A stretch of DNA of 64,000 bases from Octopus vulgaris (Eukaryota): NCBI GenBank assembly GCA_951406725.2, contig OX597834.1, positions 43,338,001-43,402,000 on the forward strand, read 5' to 3'. Every line of letters begins with the position of its first letter. The first letter of the stretch is position 1. The notes under the pieces are model-generated. The model was not told where the DNA came from and made no database searches. It saw nothing but the letters and a program-made list of their open reading frames with translations. Below, piece by piece: positions 40,055 to 54,564 of this stretch. The position numbers and the translations under genes are program-made.

Positions 40055-40139
40055 CTTCTTCTTCTTCTTCTTCTTCTTCTTCTTCTTCTTCTTCTTCTTC
40101 TTCTTCTTCTTCTTCTTCTTCTTCGTCTTCTTCTTCTTC
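40025..40139. repeat. (CTT)n
   Basis: Direct reading. Confidence 0.95.
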
Positions 40140-40662
40140 AACTTCTATAGATCTTCGCCTTTCATTCGAGATCTATAGAATGAGAACTAGTAGAACCCTG
40201 AGGTCGCTGTATTCGAATTACACTCCACCACGAATTCACAGGCCTTGTGCAGAAATGCGCCAAGTCCCTGCTTCCTTGAAATCTTAATTTGATTTAATCC
40301 ATCTCCTTCGGGTTATGTCATAATGACGATTTCTAATAAGGATGGAATGGCGTTATTCATGAGTATTTACAATTAAAAATTTTAAGATCTTTGTAATGTG
40401 TAAACAAAAAATATATTTTTGTATACTATGCATCTTTTTCTTGAATCTTTGATTTAAATTTCAAACTTCAAATCTCACCAAGTTTTATCTAAAAATCCTT
40501 CTCTACATTAAAATAACTTGACACCAGATCACAAATGCTTCTGTAACCCAATTGCCCATCAAAATCTCACAAGTATCTCATTATTTCAGTTCTTTCACTT
40601 GGGATTAATTATTAGAAGATTCATTGATATGAATTCGAAATACGTACACAAAATCAGTTATC

Positions 40663-41058
40663 AGCACGGCGGACGAAATGGTTAGAGGTATTTCGTCTGC
40701 CGCTACGTTCTGAGTTCAAATTCTGCCGAGGTCGACTTTGCCTTTCATCCTTTCGGTGTCGATAAATTAAGTACCAGTTACGCATTGAGGTCGATATAAT
40801 CGACTTAATCCGTTTGTCTGTCCTTGTTTGTCCTCTCTGTGTTTAGCCCCTTGTTGGTAGTAAAGAAATAGGTATTACGTCTGCCGCTACGTTCTGAGTT
40901 CAAATTCCGCCGAGGTTGACTTTGCCTTTCATCCTTTTCGGGGCTCGAGTAAATAACTATCAGTTACCCACTGGGGTCAATGTAATCGACTTAATCCCTT
41001 TGTTTGTCTTTGTTTGTCCTCTTTATATTTAGCCCACTGTGGGCAATAAAGAAGTAAG
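40663..41058 (+). mobile_element. SINE family B, two-module copy
   Basis: GGTATT.CGTCTGCCGCTACGTTCTGAGTTCAAATTC.GCCGAGGT occurs twice. AGTTATCAG on both flanks. Confidence 0.95.
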
Positions 41059-41936
41059 TTATCAGTTTTTCACTTACATCAACTCTCATGTTAGTCTTCT
41101 GTAGTTCCCTTTAAAACGTGTGTTAGTACCTATAAGTAAATATCATATAACTATGTTTGGACGGTCCTGAACATAAACATCAATTTAATGATTTCTTGTC
41201 TTATGGATTATTTAGTGAATGTTAATCCAATTGGTTTACCAAATTCAAGTCAATGTTTTAGCTCCATTTTCCGTCTGACGCTTTTATAAATTGTTACCCG
41301 TTTAACGTACATTTATTCGTTCGGAAAAGTGCATAACATAGTGTTTATACATACATATGAACGCACATAGATACATATATACATATATACATACATGCAT
41401 GCATACAATAATACATACATACATGCCTACATACATACATATATACATACATGCATACATACACACGTGTATATATCTATACCTATACATATATATATAA
41501 ATATATAACACACATATTATATATACATACATATATATATGTATATATATACACGCATATGCATACATACAAACACATACACACACACATATATGAATAT
41601 ATATACATGTAAATATGTACAGAACAACACGCTCGGACATGTATATACTTATGTATACATTTACAAATATATTCGTCTGTGTGTGTATGTTTGTATGTAT
41701 ATATATACAGACATGCTTACACACACACACACGCGCGCGCGCGTATGTGTGTGTGAGTGGGTGAGACTGTATATAGATAGGTACATTTACAAACAGACAT
41801 ATAAATAGATAGATACATTAAATAGACAGAGAGATAGGCAGAAAGAAGAAATGATAACTTAAACATATGTATGCAAATGTATGTATATTGGCATATGCGC
41901 ATTTGCTTGTGTCTCTGTGTGTATATACACACACAA

Positions 41937-42016
<80 letters not shown>

Positions 42017-42610
42017 AATACAAATACATGCATATCTAGGTGTATAAGTACATACATGCAACCACACATCCGTACGTACACACAACATTCCATTCATCCC
42101 TCCATCAGTGCATGCACGCGTACATATACGCACAGAGAAATGCATACAGGAATACGAGCGATCAGCGATATATAGCTTCGTACTGGAAGCGTTACGAGAA
42201 GCGCCAACTTCTCTCGCTGAGCAGGTTAACATGAGATATTGCAACGGGTGCCAAAAATATTGTTTTTCCAAGTTCACTCACATGAAGAAAAAGCGAAGAA
42301 CAATTAATTTACAATAATAAACTAATTATTTTTCCAATTGGATTCACAGAGTAAAATATGGTATTGAAGAATTTCTAAAGACTCTCCTTATATTCGCTGA
42401 TTGCCGTCTCGGAAAAAATGTCAGATTATCGAAACCATTCTTTTCACTGAGGTATTCTTCAGAGCTGAAGTTCCTACAATTCATTCTTTCTTTCAGTCTT
42501 TCTTTCTTTCTCTCTCTCTCTCTTTATTTCTTTCTTTCTTTCTTTCTTTCTTAAATAAACATGCTAACAAAATAACATTTACAATACACATGTAAACAAA
42601 AGGAAATAAA

Positions 42611-42651
<41 letters not shown>

Positions 42652-42691
42652 TTAATAATAATAATAATGACTCATGTTGTTGACGTTTCTC

Positions 42692-42765
<74 letters not shown>

Positions 42766-43177
42766 ATTTATGAAAGTAATAATAATAATAATAACAATAA
42801 TCCCATTCAACAGAAATAAAAACACGGAAAAAACCAAAATGTGAAAATTTCGATCAGAAATGCCATTGGTGTGTTCTTTGTAAGAAATAGTTGAAGCGTA
42901 TATTTTTCATCAACGTGTCTCTTCCTCTGGTTTTTCGCCTCCTCCTATTTATAAAGTAAAGGTTCAATTCACAGGTTGGCATAAAAATTAATTGTATTTC
43001 ATATTTCTATTAATATTTTAATATCTTCGTTTATTCATTTTTGCTTTCGCGATTCATATTTCATTGATTATAGAGTTCGTGTATTTCTTTACACTCAGTT
43101 TAATTTTAATAAAAAGAAATTTTTCGCAAAAAAATCAAAACGTTTTGATGCCATTTTCCAAGTTTTACACACACACA

Positions 43178-43239
<62 letters not shown>

Positions 43240-43358
43240 TACATACACACAGACACACTCTCACATACATACACATATATATGTATGTTCATGTACGTAC
43301 GTATGTATATATATATGTGAGTGTATGTATATATAAATAAATGTGTGTGTGTATATAC

Positions 43359-43392
<34 letters not shown>

Positions 43393-43461
43393 TGATAGAT
43401 ACATATATAGATACATATATATATACACACACATATATATATAAACATATATATAAACATA

Positions 43462-43517
<56 letters not shown>

Positions 43518-43921
43518 TATAGACTCATACTCGCTCCTACCTCTCTCTATCTCTCTCTCCCCCTCTCTCTATTTTTCATCATTTTATAACCTCGTATCCC
43601 CTTTTACATAGTTGTTGGTCGTATTCATTTTCACATTTTCCTCACCTTCAGTTGTTTTCATTGCTGAATATTATCAATAGCAATAAGGGTTATTCCTCAT
43701 TTAAGCACAAGAACCGCAGTTTGGGGCAGCGGAGTTGTGCCGATCATCATTTTGAATCTAGTGTTTAATTTTAGCCTGACGCGATAAAATGTGATCACGG
43801 TGAGATTTGAACTTGGAATATAATGGACCGCAGGAATAAATACAAGAAGTCATTTTTTTCCCAAGGCTCTGTTCTGCCAGCTCATCACACTTCAACGACA
43901 ACATCAACAATAGCAACAAAA

Positions 43922-43931
43922 ACTACTACTA

Positions 43932-43966
<35 letters not shown>

Positions 43967-44189
43967 ACTACTACTGCAGCACTTCCTCTTCTGATGATGA
44001 TGATGACAATGATACTGATGATGATGATGGTGATGATGATGACGATGATGATGATGATGATGATGATGATGGTGATGACGACGACGATAATGATGATATT
44101 TTGGGGATACTGATGATGATGGTGATGATGATGATTATGATGGTTATGATGATGATTATTATTATGATGGTGTTGATAATTATGATGAT

Positions 44190-44221
<32 letters not shown>

Positions 44222-44272
44222 TAGTATGGGTGATACTGATGATGATGATGATGATGATGGTGATGGTGATGG

Positions 44273-44316
<44 letters not shown>

Positions 44317-44350
44317 CTGGTGATGATAATATGGCGATACTGATGATGAG
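43922..44350. repeat. (ACT)n, (GCT)n and long degenerate (GAT)n
   Basis: Direct reading. Confidence 0.95.
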
Positions 44351-45273
44351 GAGGAGGGTACTTTTATTTGCCACAAGTGTGATGAATGAGGGAAGAAAAG
44401 AAGGAGACGTGGAGCCAAAAGATGGTAGTTTAATCGAAAGACTAAATATAAAAGCAATTGAAGTTTTAAGTAATTGCTTTCGGATGATAACAGGTAAGTT
44501 TTGAAAAGAAGGGCAGGAGATCGTTTGTGAGATTCATCGACTGCTAACCATTTCAGGAGTAGCAACTCCTCAGCGCATTTTAGACTTAAATTGTCCATCA
44601 TGGTCGAAAGCCTTCTTATCCTCATATGGCTTTTAATTAAGTCTTAAGCCACGCATTTATTCTGAACCGTTATTCTGTTGACCCACACAGATTTGTTCCT
44701 TCAGGCGCCAAACTGCAAAACCATCGATTTCTTGCAATCTGCCGTCATTTCTGTCAAGTGAGGGGCACGCCTGGCTTGCTACAGTAATGTTCATTGGGAT
44801 TACTATTCAGTTCTACTAACTTATATAAAATCACAGACGAATACATCATGGCGGATTCAGTTTTTCAAATCGTTTTCCTTTTCGGCAATCCATGTTGTCC
44901 TCTGTAATTTGCAACCAACTGTTTAGTAAGCGTATCGAAGCCCTTTATCTTCACCTTACTCGGTAGAGGTTGGCTCAGGTGCAATAATCTTCAACATGCT
45001 ATCGGGTTTTACGTAGCCGAATCCATTTTCAGGTAGAATCTCCCCTCTGAATCCATTGCCCATAATTCTATCTAGAGCATTATCTAGAGCAACCTAAACC
45101 TTATTATTTAGCATCGAAAAGCCGGGGAAGTAATACTTCACTTATGAATTCCTTCCTTACAAAATTTTTTTCAACCTAGTTAATAGATAAACTACTTTTT
45201 AAAAATATTTCTTCTATTTTTCTATATTTCGTTTTTGGATTTGATTTGCAATATTGTGTGTTGAAACATATTC

Positions 45274-45442
45274 TGTTGTGTCTGGGAAGATTAATTTTCT
45301 CTTTGTGCCTTATATTGAAAAGGTTGCAAGAAGTAATGAAAATTTTAAGAAAATAAGAAAATAAGAAATAAGTGAACATTTTACCGGTGAGTGTGTTAAA
45401 TTATAAGGCACAAACAGAAAATGACTCTCCCCAGACACAACA
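45274..45442. repeat. 41-bp inverted repeat (45274-45314 / 45402-45442)
   Basis: TGTTGTGTCTGGGAAGATTAATTTTCTCTTTGTGCCTTATA versus reverse complement TGTTGTGTCTGGGGAGAGTCATTTTCTGTTTGTGCCTTATA. Confidence 0.85.
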
Positions 45443-45979
45443 CAATTCTTCTATATGTTTTTTCTTGAAATAACGCACTGATGATCCTTATTACCCCGGG
45501 AATTTTTCATAGACGTCCAACCGCAATTGTCAAAAGATTATGCAGTCTATTCACTGAAGTGAACCTCTGCTATATTACCAATTCTATAGAGCTATATCTG
45601 GGGTATTAACGCCAGAGTCTCTTTAACAGCCATAAAGCTCTAAGCAGAATTACGGCAATCTTTCGTTCATTTTTTTTATATTATGCTCATCCTATTAAAG
45701 GATTATCCAATTAAATGTTGATAAACTGAGCTATTTAACGCTAATATAAAAGATGTTCTCAGAAATATTTCCAGGTAACCTAAAAAACCTGAATGCCTTC
45801 TTGCATCAACACAAAAACGGTAGCGTAGGGGCACCATTGTGACTTCTGTTCATGGCTAGGCCCACCAGGAGCATGCGCAGGTCCCCAGATTTTGAAATTG
45901 TCCTTAGAGTTAGTTCGAATCACATACACCGAACAGATCCTTAGATGACCAAGAGTATCAAAGATGTCATTGATGTGGT

Positions 45980-46061
45980 AATCAACACCATCACCTTCAC
46001 CACCAACAATGTCAATACTACCACCACTACTGCCAATACTACCACCACCACCACCATCACC

Positions 46062-46093
<32 letters not shown>

Positions 46094-46872
46094 CAATGCT
46101 ACTACCATCGCCTCCACCACCACAATCACCATTCTCATAGCTACCATCAAAAACAACATTACTGCCATCACCACAACTAACACCACCACCATCACTACCA
46201 TTATCTCCGCCACCACAACCACTATCATCACCACCATCAACAACAACGTTACTACAGTCGCCTCTAACATCACCACCACCTCAACCACCACTACCACAGC
46301 TCTGCCATCGCCATCACTACAAATAACAACACCAACACAACCACCACCACCACCATCATCATCATCACCACGACCACTAGCATCACTAACCACCACCTCC
46401 ACCAACACCATTGCCATCATTACTATCATCGCCACAACCAGCAACACCATTACTACAATCGCCTCCAGCATCACCATCACCAACAACAACAACAACAACA
46501 CGAACGATACCAAAACTACTATCATCGCCAGCATCACCGCCGCCACCACCACCATAACCATACAATCATTACTATTAACACCACCACCACTACCATGAAC
46601 GAAACCAAAAATACTACCATCGCCAATACCACTGCCACCACCATCATAACCAGCACTACCACCACCATACCATTACCATCACTAACACTAATGATACCAC
46701 CACCACCACCACCACCACTACTACCACCATAACATCGCCATCACTAACACAATTGATACCACCGCCACCACCATACCATCACTATCACGAACAGGAATGA
46801 TATCACCACCACCATAACCATCACTAACACGAATGATACCAACACTACTACTACCACCACCACCACCACCAT
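45980..46872. repeat. Cryptic (ACC/ACT/AAC/ATC)n low-complexity tract
   Basis: Direct reading. Gives Thr-rich and Val-rich ORFs. Confidence 0.9.
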
Positions 46873-47650
46873 ACCCACCCCGACCCCCACAAAAATCGTC
46901 GTTGCCAACGCTGCATGAATTTCGATTTCTTTTTCCCTTTCAGTGAATGGTTTACAATGGTTATTGTGGATTTCGTTTCTCGTTGTTTTGTGGCCGTTTC
47001 TCTTTGGCGGTTGTGGCTGCTCTGTCAGTCCGTCACACTCTGCCCATGTCGACCAATAACGAAATTACAAGAAGCAACTTGAGCGACAGATTCATAGTAA
47101 ACGAGTGAGAAGATATAACCACCAGCACACACGCACACACACGCATGCACACACATACAGACATATACAACGTCACATATACATATGTACTCACACTCAT
47201 AGACACGCACATACACACACGCACACACACGCACACACACACACACACGCATACAAACACACATATACATACATTCACACACATATAAACACAGACATGC
47301 ACAGAAGCAGATATATACACACATGCACACACATACACATACACGCATTCAAACAAACATATACACACATGCACACACATACATAAACATACATAAAAAC
47401 ACACACATTAACAAACACATTCACACACGTATGCACACACATACACACGCATACACACACACGCACACACATACTCACGCACACATCCATACTCACATAT
47501 AAGCATACACAAACATACACACACAGACACACACACGTAAATACACAAAATGCAAAAATGGAATAAGTAAATAAAAGAAATAAATTGGAAATCACAATAG
47601 AAGCACGAAGGACAACAACAACAACAAAAAACTAAAACGATAAAAGAAAT

Positions 47651-47690
47651 TGATGATGACGATGATGATGATTACGACGACGACGACGAC

Positions 47691-47754
<64 letters not shown>

Positions 47755-47765
47755 ACGACGACGAC

Positions 47766-47830
<65 letters not shown>

Positions 47831-48091
47831 CGGCGATGATGACGATGATGATAATGATGACGATGATTATGACGATGATGATAATGAGGATACTGACGAT
47901 TATGATGATGACGATGATGAACACGACGATCATCTTGGCGATGATGTTGATAAGGAGGGGAGGGGAGGAGGAAGAGGAGGGGGAAAGGGGAGGAGGAGGT
48001 GATGATGACGACGACAACAATCAGGATGATTATGACGATGATGAAGATACAAATGTATTAAAATACAAATGATAACTACAACAACAACAGC

Positions 48092-48130
<39 letters not shown>

Positions 48131-48196
48131 AACAATAACAATAATAATAATAATAATAACAATAATAACAATAATAATAATAATAATAATAATAAT
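47651..48196. repeat. (GAT/GAC)n then (CAA)n/(TAA)n
   Basis: Direct reading. Confidence 0.95.
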
Positions 48197-48506
48197 AGAA
48201 GCATGAAATGACCAAGGAAGGATTTTGGTACGGAATTTCCTGATATTTGTATTTCATTTTCCGTCCTATTGTAAACTGCGCAAAACACTTAATGACAAGA
48301 CACACGTCACTTTTCTTGCCTAAATAGATTCAGCTTTGCGTTAAATGTTTCCATTGTTTCCGCTTTGTGTTGGGTTGCTGTAGTTTATTTTTAATCTGTT
48401 TTCTGAGACAAGGAGAGAAAAAGGTGTATGTGTGGGGGGGGGGGAGAATAAAAAAACGAAAGCAGACGAAAAAAAAAGTACTATTTGTTGTCTCCTGAAT
48501 GAACAG

Positions 48507-48560
<54 letters not shown>

Positions 48561-48734
48561 CGTATATATATGTATGTATATATACGTATATATATATGTG
48601 TGTATATATATGTATATATACGTATATATATATGTGTGTGTATATATATGCATATATATATATATGTATATATATACGTATATATATATATGTGTGTATA
48701 TATATGTATATATATATATATATATGTGTGTATG

Positions 48735-48767
<33 letters not shown>

Positions 48768-49038
48768 GAAGATATATACGTATATGAATATAGAAATATC
48801 TGTCTATGTATGTATATATGTAAACACACACACATATAGATAGATAGATAGATAGATATATGTGTGCGTGTGTGCTTGCGTGTGTATATGTGTGTGTCAG
48901 TGTTTGTGTGTGCGTGCATCTCCAAGTGCGTGTGCGTGTGTATGTGCGTGTGTAAATATGTCCCCCTTTCACCGCTTGCTAATGGAGAGTACTGTCATGC
49001 AGAAAATTACAAAATGGTCTTATTTTCATTATATTTAC

Positions 49039-49107
<69 letters not shown>

Positions 49108-49619
49108 CATTACTATTATTATTGTTCTTGTTGTCTATCATCTATTATTGTTACTAAAAAAATGGTAGCACACGCGAAATCCACGCTAGTTTTCTGCTAG
49201 TAGAATATTCTATTAACACTCTCCACTTAACCAAGTAAGTGTCCTAATTTCTGAAAATGCCTGGATAAATACAGAGAATGTTGTCCTCGAGTTCTGACCA
49301 CAAAATGGCCGATATACTTGTTTATATATTCTGTGAATTAATAAAATTTCTAATGCGTTTGTATAAAGTAAATCTTCTTATGTTTCTGTGACTCCTTGGA
49401 GGTGAACTTTGTCTTTCGTCTTATCTCAATCTATCAAGTAACCTAGCTCTATACAACTGGGTCAAGGACATGCCCTTTTCTGTCAAAGTGCAGGACCTGT
49501 ACCTAAATTGGAAACAATTATGTCGATTTAATTTTCGTATATGACTAAATGTATTTGGGATATTGACGGGGATGGACCTATGGTTTACGTGGTTTCATTC
49601 TGAGTAGGATGTGGAAATT

Positions 49620-50160
49620 TGGGTTGTTTATTGTCAGCTTGGATGCAAGGTCCCTTGCACAACTACCTCAGATACCCAGGCAGCAATATTATAGCCATTG
49701 CTGAGACCAGAATTTCTGAATATACACACTCAGACTTTTTCCTCCACCCATTCACCTTTTATTTAACGTCTCCAAAACATACTCGTCTTGTGGTCTGACA
49801 GGTTTAGGTAATGGAGTGCAATGCTGGTTTCTGCTCGCAAAGCATACTTCCCTGTTTGCTGGTTGTCACAAAAGAGATTTTTTGGTGGACGAGGCTGAAA
49901 AGATTGCGAACAGACAACTTAAACGTTGGTGAAGCATTCTTGATCTATTTTTCAGTTTGCACCAAGAAGGTTAGGTCAGAAATAGAATTGCTATCCTCAA
50001 CAAATATCTAAATAGATGGGTGACTGTGTCATAAATAGTTAAGATTAAAGGAAATACCCTAAGCATGCCAGAACAACAGTTTGGGAATGCGTGAGTGTCC
50101 TTTGAGACAGGGTAATTGTGGATCTCTGATGTTATCTATGGTCTTCCCTGGTTGGACATA
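49620..50160 (+). mobile_element. Degraded L1/Tx1-like LINE remnant
   Basis: APE-like IIAIAETRISE near 49690 and ORF2 C-terminus-like ILPCLLVVTKEIFWWTRLKRLRT...KKVRSEIELLS..RWVTV at ~49845-50030. Confidence 0.5.
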
Positions 50161-50334
50161 TTGGTGGCTCTCTTATATTAGAAGTACAGTTTCATATATA
50201 TCTCCACATAGTTTGTAGAGAATGCCAACACTTATCCCTCCGTAACTCCTCCCCTTTCTTCCCCTCATCAATTTTTAGGGTTAATGTTAACACACATTTT
50301 GAAATGTGCAACTTATCACATATAATTTTGGCTG

Positions 50335-50495
50335 GGACACCGCCTTAAAGGGTTTCAGTCGACCAAATTTATCCCAGTAAATATTTCTTTTATCGACCTT
50401 ATATTTATTCTATTGGACTGCTTTGACGAACCGATAACCGATAATTTACTGAGACGTAAACAAACTAACCCCGGTAGTTAAGATGTACTGGGAGA
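50335..50495 (-). mobile_element. SINE family A 3' fragment, diverged
   Basis: GCTGGGACACCGCCTT...TTATTCTATTGG...GAACCG...GACGTAAACAAAC. Confidence 0.6.
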
Positions 50496-50567
50496 TACAA
50501 TTACAGATATCAACACTCACAGGGACACAAACTCACACATACATACATACATACATACATACATACA

Positions 50568-50601
<34 letters not shown>

Positions 50602-50682
50602 CATACATACATACATAAATACATACATACATACATGCATACATACATATATACATACATACATGCACATATATACATACAC

Positions 50683-50974
50683 TTAGCCTAGTGGATAGAG
50701 CAGTGGACTCACGGTCGAGTAATCGTGGGTTCGAATCTCAGACCGGGCGATGTGTGTGTTTATGAGCGAAAAACCTAAGCTCCACGCGGCTCCGGCAGAA
50801 GGTAATAGCGAACTTCTGCTGACTCTTTCGCCATAACTTTCTCTCATTCTTTCCTCTGTCATCTAGCAGCTCACGTGTGACGGACCGGTGTCCCGTACAG
50901 GTGGGTAACCTATACGCCAAGAAAACCGGGAAACCGTCCTTTATGAACCAGGCATGGCTTGAGAAGCAACAAAC
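50683..50974 (+). mobile_element. SINE family C-related
   Basis: A-box TAGCCTAGTGG, B-box GGTTCGAATCT, TGAGCGAAAAACCTAAG, tail GACGGACCGGTGTCCCGT...AAACCGGGAAAC shared with 38083-38309. Confidence 0.85.
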
Positions 50975-51543
50975 AGCAAAAACATATATTTTTGCGTATT
51001 TTTAGTATTTGTATGCTTAATACCTGTATATTGCGTAGTACAATCTCAGACTTGCGAATACATTGAAACATTCACAGAGAAGCAGTGGGCGGATAAACAT
51101 CAAAAGTAACAAAATTTCTTTCAATTTATATTTCATATTAGACGGAATATCATAAGAAATGATTTGATATGAAATGGCAGCGCACAGGTCTTAGATAAAT
51201 AATGGAGAGAGTTTGGAAACATTCTGAAACGTATCAAACAGCTGTATAAATCTAAACGCGCACATACATGTTTTAAAATGACTATCGTAACAGTATCAGA
51301 GAGTAAATGTGTCAGCATGAACAAGTGATATCTGATCAGGTGACATGATAAATAATAGAATCAAATACATTCATATATACACATACGTACACGCATGATA
51401 CACACAAACCTACATACGAACACACATATATATTTGTTATTTATTATATAAATACATAGACTAACACATATATATATATATATATATAAAGATTTATATA
51501 TATATATATATATAAAGATATATATAAATATATATATATATAT

Positions 51544-51646
<103 letters not shown>

Positions 51647-51681
51647 GTATGTATGTATATATGTATATATATATATGTGTG

Positions 51682-51774
<93 letters not shown>

Positions 51775-52275
51775 ATATGTTGTGTTTGGTTTATAACATA
51801 CCAGCAACAGTTCATATAATAAATTAAGAGATTTGCTTTACAATGTACCTGAATATTTTACCAGTGAAATTCAACTCTAAAAAGATCTTTTATCTATTGC
51901 AGTTTAATGCACAGCTGGATTTCTTATCTTACTCTTTAAAGTATCTGCCTATATTCTTACGTGCGTGTTTCGATGCGTGTACTTCAATATACATGTGTAT
52001 GTGTGTATACTGGAAAGTATGTGTGCATATGTAGGTGGGTGTATGCCCATATAAACCAATTACGCGTATAAAAATATATATATACATATATACATTCTTA
52101 TATATATACACACAAATATATATATATGTATATATATATGTATGTATGTAGACATATATATACATGTCTGTATACATACGTATATGAATTATAATGCATA
52201 TATTTACAATGTATATGTGTGTATATATATGGGTGTGTGTATGTAATTATATACACATATATATGCTTATATATT

Positions 52276-52307
<32 letters not shown>

Positions 52308-52360
52308 ATGTAATGTATACATTTAGTGTATATCTGTATATATATATATATATATAAGTA

Positions 52361-52465
<105 letters not shown>

Positions 52466-52896
52466 GAGAGAGAGAGTGAGAGAGATTGGGAGAATGATTG
52501 AGAGAGGAATGTAAAAGGCTTAGTTCAAAAATTGTTCATTTCATTCCGTTATCTACGAAAACCGAAAAAAAAAGTAAATTTAAAAAAAAAGAATTAAAAA
52601 AAAAACTAAAAACACAAAACGTCTTCGATAATTTTCATTTTGTAACTTATTTCATTTCGTGCTTTTCACTGTTTCCTATATTCAGTTCCTCTTATTGCAT
52701 TACGTTCACTGATAAATCAAGTTGGGTCTTTCTTTTTCGTGTTTTTATTGAATTTTCTTTGGCAAAACTGCTTTATGATCTTCAGAAACAAAAGAAAATA
52801 CAGCGTTGCAGGTGTGTGTTTTCGTGAAAATATCTGTATCGGTTTGAAACATTAAAAGCTCTTTAGCGATTCTGTTTTTATCATTATTACTATTAC

Positions 52897-52927
<31 letters not shown>

Positions 52928-53219
52928 GTTATTTTTTCTGCTGTCTAATAACAAAAATTTACTAAATGAGTGCTCCTAATTTTTTAATTATTTTTTTTTG
53001 TAGTTGCGTACGAGGTGTTGAGTTGTGTGTATAGTTGTCTTTGTGAGTGCTTCTGTGTGTGTGTGTATGTGTGTGAGTGTGTGTGTGGGTGTGTGTGTGT
53101 GGGTGTGCGTGCGTGTGTGTCTACGTGCGTGTGTAGAGATGAAATCTCATGTTGGTAAATTAATCAAATATATCAGAATGTTTGGTTACTTTATTTTAAG
53201 TGTATTATGTCTGTATATA

Positions 53220-53283
<64 letters not shown>

Positions 53284-53522
53284 CATACATATATATGTAT
53301 ATATAGAGAGAGAGACTTGTACATAAGTATATACTTATAATGTGAGTGTATACGTGTTTCCTTATGCATGTATACGTAAATAATTCTGTATTCGTACACA
53401 CACATACATACATTATGCATGTGTATGTGTATGTGTATATATATATATATATGTATATATAAACACAACTATAATCATAGATATGAAAACATTTATAATA
53501 TTCGTGTATATAGTGCATATAC

Positions 53523-53554
<32 letters not shown>

Positions 53555-53600
53555 GTATATTTATATTTATACCCCCATATATACGTATATATATATTTAT

Positions 53601-53654
<54 letters not shown>

Positions 53655-53664
53655 TGAGTGAGAG

Positions 53665-53695
<31 letters not shown>

Positions 53696-54046
53696 ATCTC
53701 TCTCTCTCACGCACACACAAATAAGTATTCATTGAATAAAACGAGATATATGCATTGTTAAAAAAACTGATCACCTACATTTCACGCTATAGTGAGTCTA
53801 TTTATCCCAGACAATGTGCCGTGTGTTTTGTCATTAAGTGTTTCACAAACACATAATGGGAGAGAAATGAAAGACAAATAAGAGGAATTCGCAGTTGGTC
53901 CTAGTAATATTGTGCTGCCATTGAGAATGAACCAAAAACAAAAAAAAAGAGAAGAGATTGGTAATATGAAGCTGTATCAAAGGATTATGTATCGCAAATC
54001 GTAATTTATTTCAAAATGACAGAAATGGTGACAACTCAATATGTAA

Positions 54047-54361
54047 TACAGTTCTATATTTAAGAGATAAGGAATTATGTACGTTGTTTACATTATTTAC
54101 GTTATTTACACGGGCATGTGGCGTAGTGGTTAATATCGTGGGCTACTGAACCCCAAGATTCCTAGTTCGATTCCAGGCAGTGACCTGAATAATAGTAATA
54201 ATAATAACATCGGGAAATAACTTAGAGATGAGAACCCAGGTTCGAAATTTCCCCAAGATAGCTAATGAAGGCTGGAGAGTAAAGCAGTCGAAACTTTGTG
54301 TTAACAACAAACAAGATAAGGACAACTATCCGTTAAATGTAAATAATATAAATAATGTAAA
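54047..54361 (+). mobile_element. tRNA-headed short element with degenerate hammerhead and inverted terminal segment
   Basis: A-box TGGCGTAGTGG (~54119) and B-box GTTCGATTCC (~54165). HHR-like CTAATGA-A-GGCTG..CAGTC-GAAAC-TTT at 54262-54297. 54087-54110 is an inverted copy (22/24) of 54338-54361. Confidence 0.65.
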
Positions 54362-54564
54362 TAAAATTGTATATTACCCCAAAATATGACCGTAAATCGT
54401 TGTAGAATAAGTCCATTCACATACTGGACAATGGTCAACATCAAAGAGGTGCTGGTCAAAGACCTTTTAAATAACTAGTTGACCACACTTTATCGACAAC
54501 AACAAAACAAAAAGGATCAACTACCACTGCAACTGCTGCTATTACTGCTTTTAGTGCCTCTTAT

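Noticed and set aside
44377-44492. Possible plus-strand exon ending CAG|GTAAGT
   Set aside because: Weak acceptor directly next to a microsatellite and an unrecognisable peptide.
43885-44625. 246-aa ORF, the longest in the track
   Set aside because: Mostly (CAT)n-derived poly-H/poly-I. The unique part has no recognisable homology.
44540-45080. Possible minus-strand LINE RT relic (DKKAFD-like motif near 44615)
   Set aside because: Too degenerate to support beyond one short motif.
45945-46598. 217-aa Thr-rich mucin-like ORF
   Set aside because: Cryptic triplet repeat with an equally open antisense frame. The repeat continues past the stop.
50683-50750. tRNA gene-like heads (also 27560-27634, 54112-54185, 59455-59525)
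   Set aside because: They have A and B boxes but no complete cloverleaf, and continue into SINE bodies.
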